From NCBI GenBank assembly GCA_963737655.1, contig CAVTTN010000002.1, positions 3,584,001 through 3,648,000 on the forward strand: a DNA stretch of 64,000 bases. Direction: 5' to 3'. Within the stretch, counting starts at the first letter, position 1; each line of letters begins with the position of its first letter. This document shows, in pieces, positions 41,409 to 53,900 of this stretch. Both the position numbers and the translations under genes were made by a program. The notes under the pieces were generated by a model. It did no database searches, was not told the DNA's origin, and saw nothing but the letters and a program-made list of their open reading frames with translations. The stretch comes from an uncultured Planctomycetota bacterium (GTDB lineage Bacteria; Planctomycetota; Planctomycetia; Isosphaerales; Isosphaeraceae).

Positions 41409-42934
41409 CGCGATTTCGCGGGCCGGCGGGCGTCTTCCTGATCCTCCTCGGGAGCAACGCCTTCTTCTGGCACTCCCGCGACTGGAACGTCTCCAGCCGC
41501 TTGATGCTGACGTATTCGATCGTCGATCGCGGCCAGGTCTCGATCAATGGCCTCGAAGACCACACCCGCGATCGCGCCCGGATCGGTCGAATTTACTATA
41601 GCGACAAGCCGCCAGGGTATTCCGTGTTGGCGGTCCCGGTCTACTGGCTCGCGAAAACGCTCCTGAGGCTTCCGGCCCACCCGCTCCACCGCCGCGGCCC
41701 GGAATTCACCCACTGGCCGAGCGATTACTGGATCACCCTGGGCACCTCCGGCTTGTTGACGAGCCTCACCGGCGCCCTGCTGGCCTCGATGGCCCGTCGT
41801 CTGGGGTGCGGGCCGAGGCGATCGGTGCTCGTGGGCCTCTCCTACGGCCTCTCGACCCCGGCCTGGGTTTACGGGACGCTCGCCTATGGTCATCCGGCAA
41901 CGGCCTTCGGACTGCTCTGGGCGTTCGATCTCGTGAATCAAGCAAGCGGAACGCGTCGGCCGGCGATCACATGCGGGCTGGCGGGGTTCTCGGCGTCGTG
42001 GGCCTCGATCGTGGAGCTTTCGGTCGGTCCCGTCGCCGCATTGATCGGCGGATACCTCCTCGTCCTGGTGATCGGTCGCCGGCTGCCGTCGCGGACGATC
42101 CTCACGTTTGGGGCTGCGGCGGCGCTCCCGGCGCTCGTCCTGGTCGGGTACAACCTGCTGGCGTTCGGATCTCCGTTGGACATGGGCTATTTTCACGAGG
42201 ACCTCGCCGATTTCCGAGGTGTCCATTCGCGGGCAAACCCCCTGGGCCTCCGGGGGATCGACTGGGGACGGGCCGCGGCCTTGCTGTGGGGCGAGCACCG
42301 AGGGTTGCTGTTCTACGCTCCCATCCTGGCGCTGGCCCCGTTCGGATGGATCGTCCTCTTCGCGAGAAGGTTCTGGGGCGTGGCGATCGTCTCGCTCCTG
42401 GCGGTCCTGGCGGTCCTGATGGTGAACCTGAGCTATCCCGAGTGGACCGGCGGCTTCTCGACCGGCCCTCGGCTGCTTCTCCCGGCGATCCCCTTCGCGA
42501 TGCTGGCGGTGGCCGGCTCGCTGGCGGTGGGAGGCCGATTCCTCACGGGCGTCGCGGCAATCCTGGCGGTCGTCGGCTGGGTGATCATCCTGATGTTCCA
42601 GGGATACGGGGGCCGGGTGGCTCCGGCGCCCGACGATCCGAGGATCGAGACCCCCTTTCGATACCCGCTCCGAGGGGTCGTCTGGCCAACCTGGCGCGGC
42701 GATCCCCTGCCGGCGGATCGAGAGGGCGGCCGATTCGATCGAACCCTCGCGAGTCCGGCGGTCTCGCGCTGGAAGTTGCGGGGCGCCTGGCAGGGCCTGG
42801 AGTTCGCCCCCCTGGTCGTTTTCCAGGCGATCGGCGTGATCGCGTTGCTGGTGATGCGTCCCGGACTGGACGCCGGGCCTCCGGACGCTTATCCTGAGAG
42901 AGGGCCAGTTTCGGGCCCGACCCTGACCGGGTAG
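41405..42934 (+). CDS. Polytopic membrane protein, GT-C-like
   Basis: YYSDKPPG, GLLFYAP, WTGGFSTGPRLL; ATGA overlap with the previous gene. Confidence 0.75.
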   Translation: MTRFRGPAGVFLILLGSNAFFWHSRDWNVSSRLMLTYSIVDRGQVSINGLEDHTRDRARIGRIYYSDKPPGYSVLAVPVYWLAKTLLRLPAHPLHRRGPEFTHWPSDYWITLGTSGLLTSLTGALLASMARRLGCGPRRSVLVGLSYGLSTPAWVYGTLAYGHPATAFGLLWAFDLVNQASGTRRPAITCGLAGFSASWASIVELSVGPVAALIGGYLLVLVIGRRLPSRTILTFGAAAALPALVLVGYNLLAFGSPLDMGYFHEDLADFRGVHSRANPLGLRGIDWGRAAALLWGEHRGLLFYAPILALAPFGWIVLFARRFWGVAIVSLLAVLAVLMVNLSYPEWTGGFSTGPRLLLPAIPFAMLAVAGSLAVGGRFLTGVAAILAVVGWVIILMFQGYGGRVAPAPDDPRIETPFRYPLRGVVWPTWRGDPLPADREGGRFDRTLASPAVSRWKLRGAWQGLEFAPLVVFQAIGVIALLVMRPGLDAGPPDAYPERGPVSGPTLTG

Positions 42935-43296
42935 CTCAGTCGGTAGAGCAACGGACTTCAATCGAGAGATCGAATCGGAGCCCCGGGCGGGAAGAACGCG
43001 AACCGCCCGGTGAGCATGCCGCAGTTTGCTGGGACACCCTGAGAGCCCCCGACACCACAACGTCGCCGGCAACGGCAAGCGTGAAGGTCTGAAAAGGCGG
43101 GGGATTGGGCAATCAGCAGGCAAGGGGACGGCGGATCGCCGCCCTCGGCCTCAGAGACTCGACGCGGCACGCCTGCGATGGCGATGGGAGAGTCCAGACT
43201 GCAACGCCCGGAATCGTTCGACGAATCCGGGAGGTCGGCGAGAGCCGATGCGGTAGGTTAATCCGTTGGTCCTGGGTTCGAGTCCCAGCCCGGTCA
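42925..43296 (+). tRNA. tRNA-Lys(UUU), intron-containing (exons 42925-42958 and 43258-43296)
   Basis: Spliced 73-nt cloverleaf: acceptor GACCGGG/CCCGGTC + A73, D arm, anticodon stem ACGGA/TCCGT with loop CTTTTAA, T arm CTGGG-TTCGAGT-CCCAG; CCA not encoded. Confidence 0.88.
42959..43257 (+). ncRNA. Group I intron (299 nt, IC-like) in the tRNA anticodon
   Basis: IGS GGAG 42977-42980; P2 ccgggcgg/ccgcccgg; P3 tgccgc/gcggca; P TTTGCTGGGA, Q AATCAGCAG, R TCAGAGACTC, S GATGGGAGAGTCC; terminal G. Confidence 0.92.
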
Positions 43297-43570
43297 CTGT
43301 CTCAACGACAAGCCGAATCACGACTTGCGGATACTCGCCCCCCGCCGGGGCGATGCGGCCCGAACGGTAGAAACCGCGTTGTGAGGCCGCTACCCGATCC
43401 GCATGGTCGGCCCCGAGATCGGGGTTCCGTCGCGATGAACTTCACCATCCGGGCCGATCTCCGACGAGGAGAAGGGCGATCCCGGACTCGACCCGGGATT
43501 TGCCGCGCCGCCTGAATCGGATCAGGTTTGAGGCTTACGATCATTCCGGACGAGGGCCGGAATTCCCGGA

Positions 43571-43978
43571 CTATTCCTTCGGCGCCTTCTTCTTGCGCCC
43601 CTTCGGCTCGCCCGTGCCGACGACCTGCGCGAGCATCGCCGCGAGCCGCTTCGCGGCGTCGCCCGTTCCCCGGGCGAGCTCTTCCATCTCGGCGAAGCTG
43701 AGCTGCGGGTCCGGGAAGGGGAGTCGGCCTTCGGCTTCCATGGCCGAGGTCTTCAGGACGTAGAGACGCGCCTCCAGGCGGACCTTCACGGAACATTTCT
43801 TCAGCAATTCCAGTTCGCGATAGAACGTTCTGAGTCCAATACCCAGGTCGGAGAGCAGGTCCTCTCGCGACTTCGGGCCTCGGCTGAGGATCACCACGAG
43901 GCGATGGAGCCTCGCCGCCCTCGCCAGGGTGATATGGACCGCCGGCCTCCTGCGGGCGCCTCCGCCGCTCCTCTTCAT
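43571..43978 (-). CDS. HTH-domain protein
   Basis: SREDLLSDLGIGLRTFYRELELL helix-turn-helix, LPFPDPQLS. Confidence 0.75.
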   Translation of the reverse strand: MKRSGGGARRRPAVHITLARAARLHRLVVILSRGPKSREDLLSDLGIGLRTFYRELELLKKCSVKVRLEARLYVLKTSAMEAEGRLPFPDPQLSFAEMEELARGTGDAAKRLAAMLAQVVGTGEPKGRKKKAPKE

Positions 43979-44297
43979 CGCCGTCGCTCCCTCGAACATC
44001 TCATGGGCGGCCGATCTCGGGGTCCTCTGGGGATTATCCACGATTGCATGGTTGCATGTCCAGGGAGGATCGTGCCGATTTTGGGGATTGTTTCAAGGAT
44101 GAGGGGCGTGAGGCCCGATGGAAAGGGGTGACTCTCCTGGGCGGGATGAGCCGCCGCGCCGTCGGAACGGAGCGGAGGCGCTGCCCGGGGGGAAGGCCCT
44201 GGTCCGGAACGGTCGCCTCCGGGCGGTCGGGACGGCCCAGGGGCCTGGTCGGGTCGCATTGCCTCGCGGGACGCCCCGCGCCCTGGGAGCCTGGTCC

Positions 44298-45969
44298 ATG
44301 TCGACGCGCCGCATCCACTCTCGGGCCCTGAGGCCCGCGCCCGAAGGCCTGGAGTCTCGTCGGCTGCTCTCCAAGACGATCACGGGGACGGACTACGACG
44401 GCGACACCTGGGCGTTGAAGCTGATCGGGCCGGGGGACCTCCGGGTCACGAAGGTGGCCGACTCCTCGGGCAACCCCCAGACCCTGGACTCCGCCTCGCC
44501 GATCGACACCATTACCGTCGCCGGGGCCGATCCGCTGGTCACCCGGATCGTCGGCCAGGTCAAGAAGGGCCCGAATGGCGATGGCAAGGTGTTCTTCGGT
44601 CACTTGACCGAGCTTGGTGGACGGTCCGAAGGGATCGCCGGCACCAACGGCATCTACGCCATCGACATGAAGGACTTCTGGCTCGGCCAGACCGACACGT
44701 CCACCACGGCCACCGAGCCCTCGATCTCGATCCCCGACGGCATCCAGACCCTTCGATTCGGCGGGGCGGACACCACGTTCACGCCCACCGGGGGGCTCCC
44801 TGAACACGAACGGCAAGGCCGACGCCTTCACGGTGAACCTCGGACTGCCCAAGACGATGGGCACGTCCATCGTCATCAACCAGTCGATCACGTCGGGACA
44901 GGCCGCCCAGTCCAGCGCCTCGTCCACCACGCCAACCCAGGACAGCGTGGTGTTCAACGTCGCCGGCCGCCTGAACACGTTCCAGGCCAACGCGATCCAG
45001 GGAGATACCGATTTCCCCTCCAGCGGGTTCCAGAACGGCGGGGGCACGCTGGTCGTCTCGCAGACGGACACCGCCACGGCGATCACCGGCCAGATCGGCT
45101 TCGTCCGGATCGGCGGCAACGCCACGAACTTCGCCACGCAGACCAACGACAAGATCAGCAACTTCTACATCGGCGGCGAGACGAACAACGTGGCCCTCCT
45201 CGCGCCCAACGGCTCGCGGGCCATCGAGTTCGGCAAGGGGATGGACACCGTCACCATCCTCACCCACTACATCGACAGCCTCCAGGCCAACCGCGGGGCG
45301 CTGAACTCGAACGTGACCGTCGATCGCAACGTCGGCCGGGTGACGATCGGCGGAGACGTCCAGAACACGCAATTCCTGGCCGGGTATCAGCAGGGGCTGG
45401 CGTCGATCTTCCAGACCCAGACGGCCCCCACCACCGCCCCCAACGCCCAGGACGGCGGGGCGATCGACAACGTCCTGATCGCCGGGAGTGTGACCAACTC
45501 GGTCTTCGCCGCGTCGGTCGACCCAGATCAGGGTACCTTCGGCACGGCGAACGACCTGGTCCTGCCCCACGGCCACATCGAGGCCAAGGTCGAAGGCACG
45601 ATCGACAACTCGGCCGCGACCAACACGGCCACGAACGACGCCTTCTTCGGCAAGCTGGTCAAGATCAACAAGGGCGCGGTCCTCCCGCCGAACGTGCCGG
45701 AGCTGCCGTTCAAGGGCGCGGGCGGGCCGCCGACCGGGCCGAGGATCGTCCCGGGCCTGATGCCGACTTATGGCAACGGCGCGAACCTGTTCCCGAGCGG
45801 CCAGCCCAGTGGAACCATCACCGGAGGTCCGTCGCCGGTCCGGCCGGTGGCCACGTCCGCGACGGCGTCGCCGACCAAGGGGCGAGGGGCGACGGTCGCC
45901 ATCGCCAGTGCGAAGCAACACACGAAGGCCACGCCGAAGGGGCCAGCCCACGCCAAGAAGAAGGCGTGA
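44298..45969 (+). CDS. Planctomycete exported protein with LEPRxLL-type leader and beta-rich body (frameshift near 44795)
   Basis: RPAPEGLESRRLLS leader; Gly/Asn/Thr-rich body continues in ORF 44833..45969. Confidence 0.78.
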
Positions 45970-46091
45970 GGCCCAGGCGCCCGGCCCGGGACCCCGACGT
46001 CCCGGGCGGCGAGGTCGAACGGTCATCGCGATCCGTTGCCTGGCCTTCGCCGAACCCGGAACCTTGACGGGGCCGCCGATCTGCCCCCCGT

Positions 46092-49164
<3,073 letters not shown>

Positions 49165-49326
49165 GGACCGCCCCCTCCTGGACCCACCTGGATCGTCCCG
49201 TCCGTCGGAAGGCCCAGCTTGATCGCCGCCGACGGCCTCTTCAAACCCTCCCCAACCCGCCTGGAGGAGGGCGCCCGGCGGGGCGTCGTCCGCGGGGGGC
49301 TGCCTGGAGATCCCGCGGCAGACCGA

Positions 49327-50835
49327 TTACCGGGCCGCCCGGATCGCTTTTTCAGCGATGTCGCGGCGATACCAGCCGCCGGCGAACCGGATGGCCCGGG
49401 CCGCCTCGTACGCCCGGGCCTGGGCCTCGGCCAGGGAGCCGCCCAGGGCCGTCACGTTCAGGACCCGGCCGCCGTCGGTGACGATCCGGCCGTCCCGACC
49501 GCCCAGGGGGTCGGCCCGGAATGCGGTCCCGGCGTGGAACACCTTCACGTCGGCCATCCGGTCGGCCTCGTCCAGGTTGTTGATGACTCGGCCTCGCTCG
49601 TAATGCCCCGGGTAGCCCTCGGCCGCCATCACGACGGTCACCGCCGGCCTCGGGTCCCATTCGAGGTTGATCCGATCGAGCCTCTCGTCGGCCACGGCTT
49701 CCAAAGCCTCGAAGAGGTCCGACTTCAGCCTCATCAGGATGCACTGGGTTTCCGGGTCGCCGAAGCGGACGTTGAATTCCAGGACTTTCGGCCCCTGGTT
49801 CGTCAGCATCAGGCCCGCATACAGCACGCCTCGGAACGACTTGCGGGCCCTCTTCAGCGCGTGGACGACCGGGACGAGGATCTCTCGCTCGACCTGCTCC
49901 ATCAGGTCGCCCGTCACGATCGGCGCGGGCGAATAGGCGCCCATTCCGCCGGTATTGGGCCCCTCGTCGTGGTCGAACGCGCGCTTGTGGTCCTGGCTGG
50001 ATTCGAGGGGGATGATCGTCCGGCCGTCGGTCAGGGCGAGAATGCTCGCCTCCTGGCCGTCGAGCCGCTCTTCCAGGATCATCCGGTCTCCGGCCTTGCC
50101 GAACTCGCGACGGACCATCACGCGGTCGATGGCGTCGAGCGCCTGGCGGAGGTTGTCGCAGACGAACACGCCCTTGCCGCCGGCCAGGCCGTCGGCCTTC
50201 AGGACCATGCCCAAAGGGCGTCCCAAAACGTGGTCCTTCGCCTCGGCGGCGTTGTCGAAATACCGCTTCTGGCCCCGCTCCTCGATCTCCACTTCCACGC
50301 CCGGCGAGAGCATCTCGTGGGGATCGAGGATGCGGTCGATCGCCTCGATCGTCTCCGCCGCGGTCCGGCACATCATCGTGTGGCGAATCGTCGATCGGCC
50401 TCGCGAGCGGACGGCCAGCGAGACCTCGCGAGACATCACGTAATGCTCGGCGTCGGGCGCCGAGCGGAAGATCCGGTAATCCGCCGTGGGGATGCCGGCC
50501 TGGCGCATCAGGTCCTTGGCGAAGACCTTGGAGCCTTCGAGCTCGGCGGCGTCCTTCCTCGGGCCGAAGACCTTGAGGCCCTCGCGGGCGAAGGCGTCGG
50601 CGATCCCGTTGACCAGAGGCTCCTCGGGTCCAACCACGGTCAGGCCGATGTCCTGCCTCTTGGCGAACTGGATCAGGGCGCGGAAGTCTCCGGGCTCGAT
50701 CGACACGTTCTGCGCATCGATGGCGGTCCCGGCGTTGCCCGGGGCGCAATAGACCGTCTTGACCCGTCGCGACTGCTTGAGCTTCCAGCAGAGGGCATGC
50801 TCGCGCCCCCCTCGTCCGATCACCAGAACGTTCAA
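49327..50835 (-). CDS. purD: Phosphoribosylamine-glycine ligase with a 70-aa internal duplication
   Basis: GGREHAL, LEGSK, KADGLAGGKG, QDHKR, NTGGMGAYS, EFNVRFGDPE. Confidence 0.96.
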   Translation of the reverse strand: MNVLVIGRGGREHALCWKLKQSRRVKTVYCAPGNAGTAIDAQNVSIEPGDFRALIQFAKRQDIGLTVVGPEEPLVNGIADAFAREGLKVFGPRKDAAELEGSKVFAKDLMRQAGIPTADYRIFRSAPDAEHYVMSREVSLAVRSRGRSTIRHTMMCRTAAETIEAIDRILDPHEMLSPGVEVEIEERGQKRYFDNAAEAKDHVLGRPLGMVLKADGLAGGKGVFVCDNLRQALDAIDRVMVRREFGKAGDRMILEERLDGQEASILALTDGRTIIPLESSQDHKRAFDHDEGPNTGGMGAYSPAPIVTGDLMEQVEREILVPVVHALKRARKSFRGVLYAGLMLTNQGPKVLEFNVRFGDPETQCILMRLKSDLFEALEAVADERLDRINLEWDPRPAVTVVMAAEGYPGHYERGRVINNLDEADRMADVKVFHAGTAFRADPLGGRDGRIVTDGGRVLNVTALGGSLAEAQARAYEAARAIRFAGGWYRRDIAEKAIRAAR

Positions 50836-51069
50836 CGCCCGAGCCTCCGACGAATCGACCGGACACGACCCCCCGCATCCTCGCAGGAACCCATTTTACG
50901 ACACCCGAGACGGCCGGCGACAGGCCAAACGGCCGAGGCCCGTCGATGTCCGGTCGCGAGCCGGGTAAGATGGATGGCCCGGGCCGCCGTCGTCGCGAAC
51001 TTTCTCGGAGACGTCGGTGTCTGCCCGGCCGATCCTCGGTCCTCCCGTTCCGTCCAAGAGGTCAGAGCC

Positions 51070-52071
51070 GTGAAGAGCGTTGCCGTGGTCGGGGCCAGTG
51101 GGGCCGTCGGGAGCCTGATGGGCCGATTGCTGGAGGAACGCGGATTCCCCGTCCGTTCGATCAGGTTCCTGGCCTCTTCGCGGAGCCTCGGCCAGTCCGT
51201 CACGTTCCGGGGCGAGCGGCATCCGATCGAGCCCCTCGAATCCGAGAGCTTCCGAGGGATCGACCTGGTCCTGTCCAGCGTCCCGGCGGCGGTCTCCCGC
51301 GAATTCAGCCCGAAGGCGGCGAGGGCCGGCGCGGTCGTGGTGGACAACTCCAGCGCCTTTCGGATGGACCCGGAGGTCCCGCTCGTCGTCCCGGAGGTCA
51401 ATCCGGGCGACATCGCGAAGCACCAGGGGATCATCGCCAACCCCAATTGCTCGACGATCCAGATGGTCGTGGCCCTCAAGCCCCTGCACGACGCCTTCCG
51501 GGTCCGCCGGGTGATCGTCAGCACCTATCAAGCGGTCTCCGGGGCCGGACAGACCGGGATGAGCGAGCTGAAGGCCCAGAGCAACGCCCTGGCCCGGGGC
51601 GAAACCCCACCGAAGCCCGCGAAGTTCGCCCACCCGATCGCCTTCAACCTCGTCCCTCAAATCGACGACTTCCTCCCCTCCGGCTACACCAAGGAGGAGA
51701 TGAAGATGGTGAACGAGACGAGGAAGATCATGGGCGACGACTCGATCGACGTCTGCCCGACCTGCGTGCGCGTCCCCGTGGTCAACTCGCACAGCGAATC
51801 GATCCTGGTCGAGACCGATCGGCCGATCTCGCCCCAGTCGGCCCGCGAGGTCTGGTCGAAGGCGCCCGGGCTGATCGTGGTGGACGACCCCTCGACTCGA
51901 AGTTACCCGCTCCCCCTCGATGCCGACGGCCGGGACGAGGTGTTCGTCGGCCGGATTCGAGGCGATCTGAGCCGCTCCAACGCCCTGCTCTTCTGGTGCG
52001 TGAGCGACAACCTCCGCAAGGGAGCGGCCACCAACGCGGTGCAGATCGCCGAGACGTGGGCCGGACTCTAG
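51070..52071 (+). CDS. asd: Aspartate-semialdehyde dehydrogenase
   Basis: VVGASGAVG, DNSSAFR, NPNCST, YQAVSGAG, SDNLRKGAA. Confidence 0.96.
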   Translation: MKSVAVVGASGAVGSLMGRLLEERGFPVRSIRFLASSRSLGQSVTFRGERHPIEPLESESFRGIDLVLSSVPAAVSREFSPKAARAGAVVVDNSSAFRMDPEVPLVVPEVNPGDIAKHQGIIANPNCSTIQMVVALKPLHDAFRVRRVIVSTYQAVSGAGQTGMSELKAQSNALARGETPPKPAKFAHPIAFNLVPQIDDFLPSGYTKEEMKMVNETRKIMGDDSIDVCPTCVRVPVVNSHSESILVETDRPISPQSAREVWSKAPGLIVVDDPSTRSYPLPLDADGRDEVFVGRIRGDLSRSNALLFWCVSDNLRKGAATNAVQIAETWAGL

Positions 52072-52110
52072 CCGAGACGCCGGAGGGTCACCGCGCGAGC
52101 ATGTCACTCC

Positions 52111-52887
52111 ATGGTTATGAGGAACCTCAAGCTCGTCATCGCCTATGACGGCACCGACTTCTTCGGCTGGCAACGACAGCCGGGCTTGCGGACCGTCGAG
52201 CAGGTGCTCGAAGAGGCCATCGAGCGGCTGACCGGCACCATGCCCCTCCTCAATGCGAGTGGACGGACCGACGCGGGCGTCCATGCGCTCGGCCAGGTCG
52301 TCCATTTCCACTCGGCGACCCAGTTGCCCCTGGCGACGATCCTCCGAGCCCTGAACGCGCTGACCCCGGCCGATGTCCGCGTGAACTCGGTGGAGGAGAT
52401 GCCCCAATCGTTCCATTGCACGCTCGACGCGAGGAGCAAGCGCTATCGTTATGTGATCGACAACGGCAAGGTTGCCGACCCGTTCCTGCTTCGCTACGCG
52501 TGGGCGATCCCTCATCGGCTGGACGACGAGGCGATGAACGCCTCGGCGCAGGCCCTTCGGGGCCGCCACGACTTCCGCAGCTTCGAGACGAACTGGCCCA
52601 ACCGGACGAGCAGCGTCCGCACGATCTTCGACATCGGCGTGAGGCGATCGGGCGATCGCGTGGAGCTGGAAGTCGAGGCCGACGGATTTTTGTACAACAT
52701 GGTCCGCGCGATCACGGGTACACTCGTCCTGATCGGCTCGGGCCGCCGGCCGGCAACTTTCGCCGCCGAGGCCCTGGCCGCCGAGGACCGCACCCGCGCC
52801 GGGCCGAATGCCCCTCCGCAGGGATTGTTCCTCGTCCGGGTCCGGTACGACCGCGACGATCCCCCGATCGGAGGCCCCTCGCGATGA
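52111..52887 (+). CDS. truA: tRNA pseudouridine(38-40) synthase
   Basis: YDGTDFFGWQ, SGRTDAGVHA, GFLYNMVR. Confidence 0.96.
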   Translation: MVMRNLKLVIAYDGTDFFGWQRQPGLRTVEQVLEEAIERLTGTMPLLNASGRTDAGVHALGQVVHFHSATQLPLATILRALNALTPADVRVNSVEEMPQSFHCTLDARSKRYRYVIDNGKVADPFLLRYAWAIPHRLDDEAMNASAQALRGRHDFRSFETNWPNRTSSVRTIFDIGVRRSGDRVELEVEADGFLYNMVRAITGTLVLIGSGRRPATFAAEALAAEDRTRAGPNAPPQGLFLVRVRYDRDDPPIGGPSR

Positions 52888-53870
52888 CGACTGCCCTGAT
52901 GGTCCTGACAACCCTGGTCCTCGGGCCCGTCGACGGCCCCTCCGCGCCCAGGACGAAGGAGGTCGCGGCGAAGGACGGTTCCTTCCGCGCGACATGGCCG
53001 GGCGAGCCGACCGAGGACTCCCGGACCGAGCGCGTGGGGACAACCAGCGTCGCGGTCAGTTTCGTCCATCTCGAACGCGGCGACGAGCATTTCAGCGTGC
53101 AAAGCCGAGACCTGTCGGCGAACGAAATGAAGGCGATCGACGCCGAAAAGACGCTCGACTCCTCGCTTGAGGCGTTCGCCTCGGGCAACGGGTACAAGAT
53201 CCTCGAACGCAGGAAGATCCAGGTGGATCAATCCCCGGCCCGCGAATTCCTCTTCGAAATCCCCGAGGGCAAGGGCCGGGGGCGGGCGAGGATGGTCCTC
53301 TCAGGCAAGAAGTTCTTCCAGGTCGTCGCGCTCGGCGGCAAGGCCGAGGAAGCCGGCCGGGCCCGGGCGTTCCTCGACTCATTCGCCCTCGGCGCGATCC
53401 CCGAAGCGTCCACGGCCTGGCGAGAATTCGCCTCCGTCCCCGGGCGGTTCCACGTCCTCTTGCCCGGGACGCCGACCCAGGTCGAGAAAACCATCGAGAC
53501 CGACGACGGCCCGACACCCGTGAGGATCGTCCAGGCGGCCGACGGGCCGATGACCTACGTCGTCACCGCGACCGACGCCGCCGAGGTCGCCGTGAAGCGC
53601 CCGAAGGTCCTGATCGACGGCACCCGCGACGTGATCTTGCAGAGGTCGCGGGCCAAGATGGTCCGGGAGAAGTCCGTCCCTCTCGGACGAGTCGCCGGCC
53701 GAGAGGTCCGCGCCGAGTTCCCCGTCGAGGACGATCCCAAGGGAGGCATCCTGACCTGCCGGATCTACCTCTCCGGCCGACGGGTGTATCAGGTCATGGC
53801 GATCGGGCCGAAGGACAAGCAGGACGCGGCCACCCTCGACAAGTTCTTCACCTCGTTCCGGCCGAGATGA
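52884..53870 (+). CDS. Secreted protein with two tandem PsbP-like domains
   Basis: Two similar units GSFRATWPGEP...FLDSF and GRFHVLLPGTP...FFTSF. Confidence 0.75.
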   Translation: MTTALMVLTTLVLGPVDGPSAPRTKEVAAKDGSFRATWPGEPTEDSRTERVGTTSVAVSFVHLERGDEHFSVQSRDLSANEMKAIDAEKTLDSSLEAFASGNGYKILERRKIQVDQSPAREFLFEIPEGKGRGRARMVLSGKKFFQVVALGGKAEEAGRARAFLDSFALGAIPEASTAWREFASVPGRFHVLLPGTPTQVEKTIETDDGPTPVRIVQAADGPMTYVVTATDAAEVAVKRPKVLIDGTRDVILQRSRAKMVREKSVPLGRVAGREVRAEFPVEDDPKGGILTCRIYLSGRRVYQVMAIGPKDKQDAATLDKFFTSFRPR

Positions 53871-53900
53871 CCCGATTCGCACCTTTTCCTTCGAGCATCG

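Noticed and set aside
42925..43296. tRNA-Asn(GUU) call
   Set aside because: G1, A73 and the CUU/GAG P1 pairing fit Lys with insertion after U34; bacterial tRNA-Asn normally has G73.
43026..43515. Short ORFs overlapping the intron and tRNA
   Set aside because: No endonuclease motifs; better explained by RNA structure.
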